Positions 36,017 through 37,694 of a stretch of DNA of 37,694 nucleotides are shown here, piece by piece. The stretch is taken from positions 1 to 37,694 of the forward strand of contig JBFMCJ010000001.1 of assembly GCA_040754675.1 (NCBI GenBank). Reading direction: 5' to 3'. Numbering within the stretch: the first letter of the stretch is position 1; each line of letters begins with the position of its first letter. Made by a program: the position numbers and the translations under genes. The notes beneath the pieces were generated by a model. It saw only the letters and a list, made by a program, of their open reading frames with translations, was not told where the DNA came from and did not search any database. The stretch is from Bacillota bacterium (lineage in GTDB: Bacteria; Bacillota; Limnochordia; Limnochordales; Geochordaceae).

Positions 36017-37354
36017 GTGCAACCAACACCGGAAGTCCGGGACAGTGGCCTGGAGGTCGGCCCCCGTTCCCGGGCTCTGTACGAACGTGCGCGGGCGGCC
36101 CTCGCCGGCGGGGTCAACAGCCCCTCCCGGGGGTTCGAGGCGGTTGGCGGCGGCGCGCCCCCCTACATCGCGCGCGGGGAAGGCCCCTACCTCTTCGATG
36201 TGGACGGGCGCGCCTACATCGACTACGTGCAGGCGTTCGGCGCCCTGATCCTCGGACACGCTCGCCCCGAACTGCGCCGGGCGGTGGAGGAAGCGCAAGC
36301 TGGGGGGGTGCTGTTCGGCGCCTGCCACGAACTCGAGGTGCGGCTGGCCGAACGGATCAAGGAGCTGTTCGGCGTCTGCGAGCGGGTCCGCTTCACGGCC
36401 TCCGGCACCGAGGCGGTGATGACGGCCGTGCGGCTGGCGCGGGCCTTTACCGGCAGGCGGCTCATGGTGAAGTTCGCCGGCAGCTACCACGGGCACTTCG
36501 ACGCGGTGCTGGTGGGCGCCGGCTCTGGAGCTTCCACGCTCGGCCTCGACGAGAGCGCCGGGATTCCCGACGGGGTGAAGGCCGACGTCGTGACGCTGCC
36601 CTATAACGACGCCGACCAGGTCGAACGCTTCTTCGCCGAGCGCGGGCACGAGGCCGCCTGCCTTCTCGTGGAACCCATCGTGGGCAACTTCGGGCTTGTC
36701 GAGCCCCTGCCCGGCTTCCTCCAGCGCGCAAGCTACGCGGCGCGCTCAGCCGGGGCGGTTGTCATCTTCGACGAGGTGATCACGGCGTTCCGCTTCCGCC
36801 CCGGGCCCATCTACCCGGAGCTGGGCGTCGAGCCCGACCTCGTCGCGTTCGGCAAGATCATCGGCGGCGGTCTTCCCATCGGCGGATACGGCGGCCGGAG
36901 GGCGATCATGGAGCAGGTGGCGCCGCTCGGCCCCGTGTACCAGGACGGCACGTGGGCGGGCAACCCTCTGTCCGTGGCCTCGGCACTGGCTACGCTCGAC
37001 CTTCTGACCGCGGACGCCGGACTTTACGGCCGTCTGGCGCGCCTGGGAGGGGAACTGGCAGGCGGGGTGCGGCGGCTTGCCGCCCGCCACGACTTGCCGG
37101 TCGTCGTGCACCAGCGGGGAGGGGCCGTCTCGATCTTCTTCACCGCCGAGCCGGACGTGTATGACTTCGCAGGCGCGCAGCGTGCCGACGCGCGCGCGTT
37201 TGCCACCTTCTTCAAAGCCATGCTGTCCAGGGGCGTCCTCTTGCCCCCGTCGCCTTACGAGGTGTGGTTCGTGTCGGCCGCGCACACCGAACTGGAGGTG
37301 GAAAAGACCCTTGAGGCGGTGAACGTGGCCTTCCAGGCGGTGGCGTCGGGCTAA
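36017..37354 (+). CDS. hemL: Glutamate-1-semialdehyde 2,1-aminomutase
   Basis: GGVNSPSR, SGTEAVM, YHGHFD, FDEVIT, FGKIIGGGLP (PLP Lys). Confidence 0.9.
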   Translation: MQPTPEVRDSGLEVGPRSRALYERARAALAGGVNSPSRGFEAVGGGAPPYIARGEGPYLFDVDGRAYIDYVQAFGALILGHARPELRRAVEEAQAGGVLFGACHELEVRLAERIKELFGVCERVRFTASGTEAVMTAVRLARAFTGRRLMVKFAGSYHGHFDAVLVGAGSGASTLGLDESAGIPDGVKADVVTLPYNDADQVERFFAERGHEAACLLVEPIVGNFGLVEPLPGFLQRASYAARSAGAVVIFDEVITAFRFRPGPIYPELGVEPDLVAFGKIIGGGLPIGGYGGRRAIMEQVAPLGPVYQDGTWAGNPLSVASALATLDLLTADAGLYGRLARLGGELAGGVRRLAARHDLPVVVHQRGGAVSIFFTAEPDVYDFAGAQRADARAFATFFKAMLSRGVLLPPSPYEVWFVSAAHTELEVEKTLEAVNVAFQAVASG

Positions 37355-37694
37355 CGGGTCCGGCGGCCCAAGCGGCAGAGCGCCACCACCGGCTCCACGG
37401 CCGCGCCTTCAGACGGGTGAGGCGCGCCGCCCATCACCAGCCGGGCGCCGGGCGCGGCCTCCCGCACCAAAGCGCCCGCGAGCGCCTGGATGGTGTCGCC
37501 GAGTGCAGCCGGATCCCCGTGCGCCAGCGCATGGAGCAGGCGCTCTCCGGCCTTCGCCACCTCAGGCCCAACGGGCTCTTCGGGAGGTTCGGCCCACAGC
37601 GGGACGCCGCCGCGCTGCGGTGATGCCTCATGGACGCTTTCGGCGGCGACCACCCGCGCAAGCCCCCCGGATGCCGCCACCTCGCGGCCGGAAG
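37351..37694 (-). CDS. 3' end of a hypothetical protein (starts beyond the window)
   Basis: Frame stays open from the window edge to a stop overlapping the hemL stop. Confidence 0.5.
   Translation of the reverse strand, partial: SGREVAASGGLARVVAAESVHEASPQRGGVPLWAEPPEEPVGPEVAKAGERLLHALAHGDPAALGDTIQALAGALVREAAPGARLVMGGAPHPSEGAAVEPVVALCRLGRRTR

Overview
A very GC-rich chromosomal window from a Firmicute-like bacterium. A small beta-barrel-like exported protein alongside Bacillota-type genes suggests a diderm lineage such as Limnochordia (inference). It is mostly housekeeping and peptide-catabolism genes: rnhC-like, deoC, a DMT transporter, an M16 peptidase pair, a HelY-like helicase, pgpA-like, gdh, queG, a LonC-like protease, an orphan parA, copZ, lacD, galU, an M19 dipeptidase, hpt, an SDR, three M42 peptidases and hemL. 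No tRNA, rRNA, CRISPR array or transposase was seen. Three things stand out. (1) An unannotated ~350-nt intergenic element (24829-25184, + strand) folds by eye into one long rod, with an extended -10 promoter upstream and a T-run at its 3' end; it is a candidate novel ncRNA. (2) Converging on it is an operon of a degenerate NMP-kinase-like/PD-(D/E)xK-like fusion plus hpt. (3) A non-canonical Rieske/cytochrome b6-type operon has APWY instead of PEWY, no heme ci Cys, a high-potential-type Rieske signature, a cupredoxin lipoprotein, a di-heme cytochrome c and a 33-aa single-TM ORF missing from the ORF track. All calls come from reading motifs by eye; no searches or folding programs were run.
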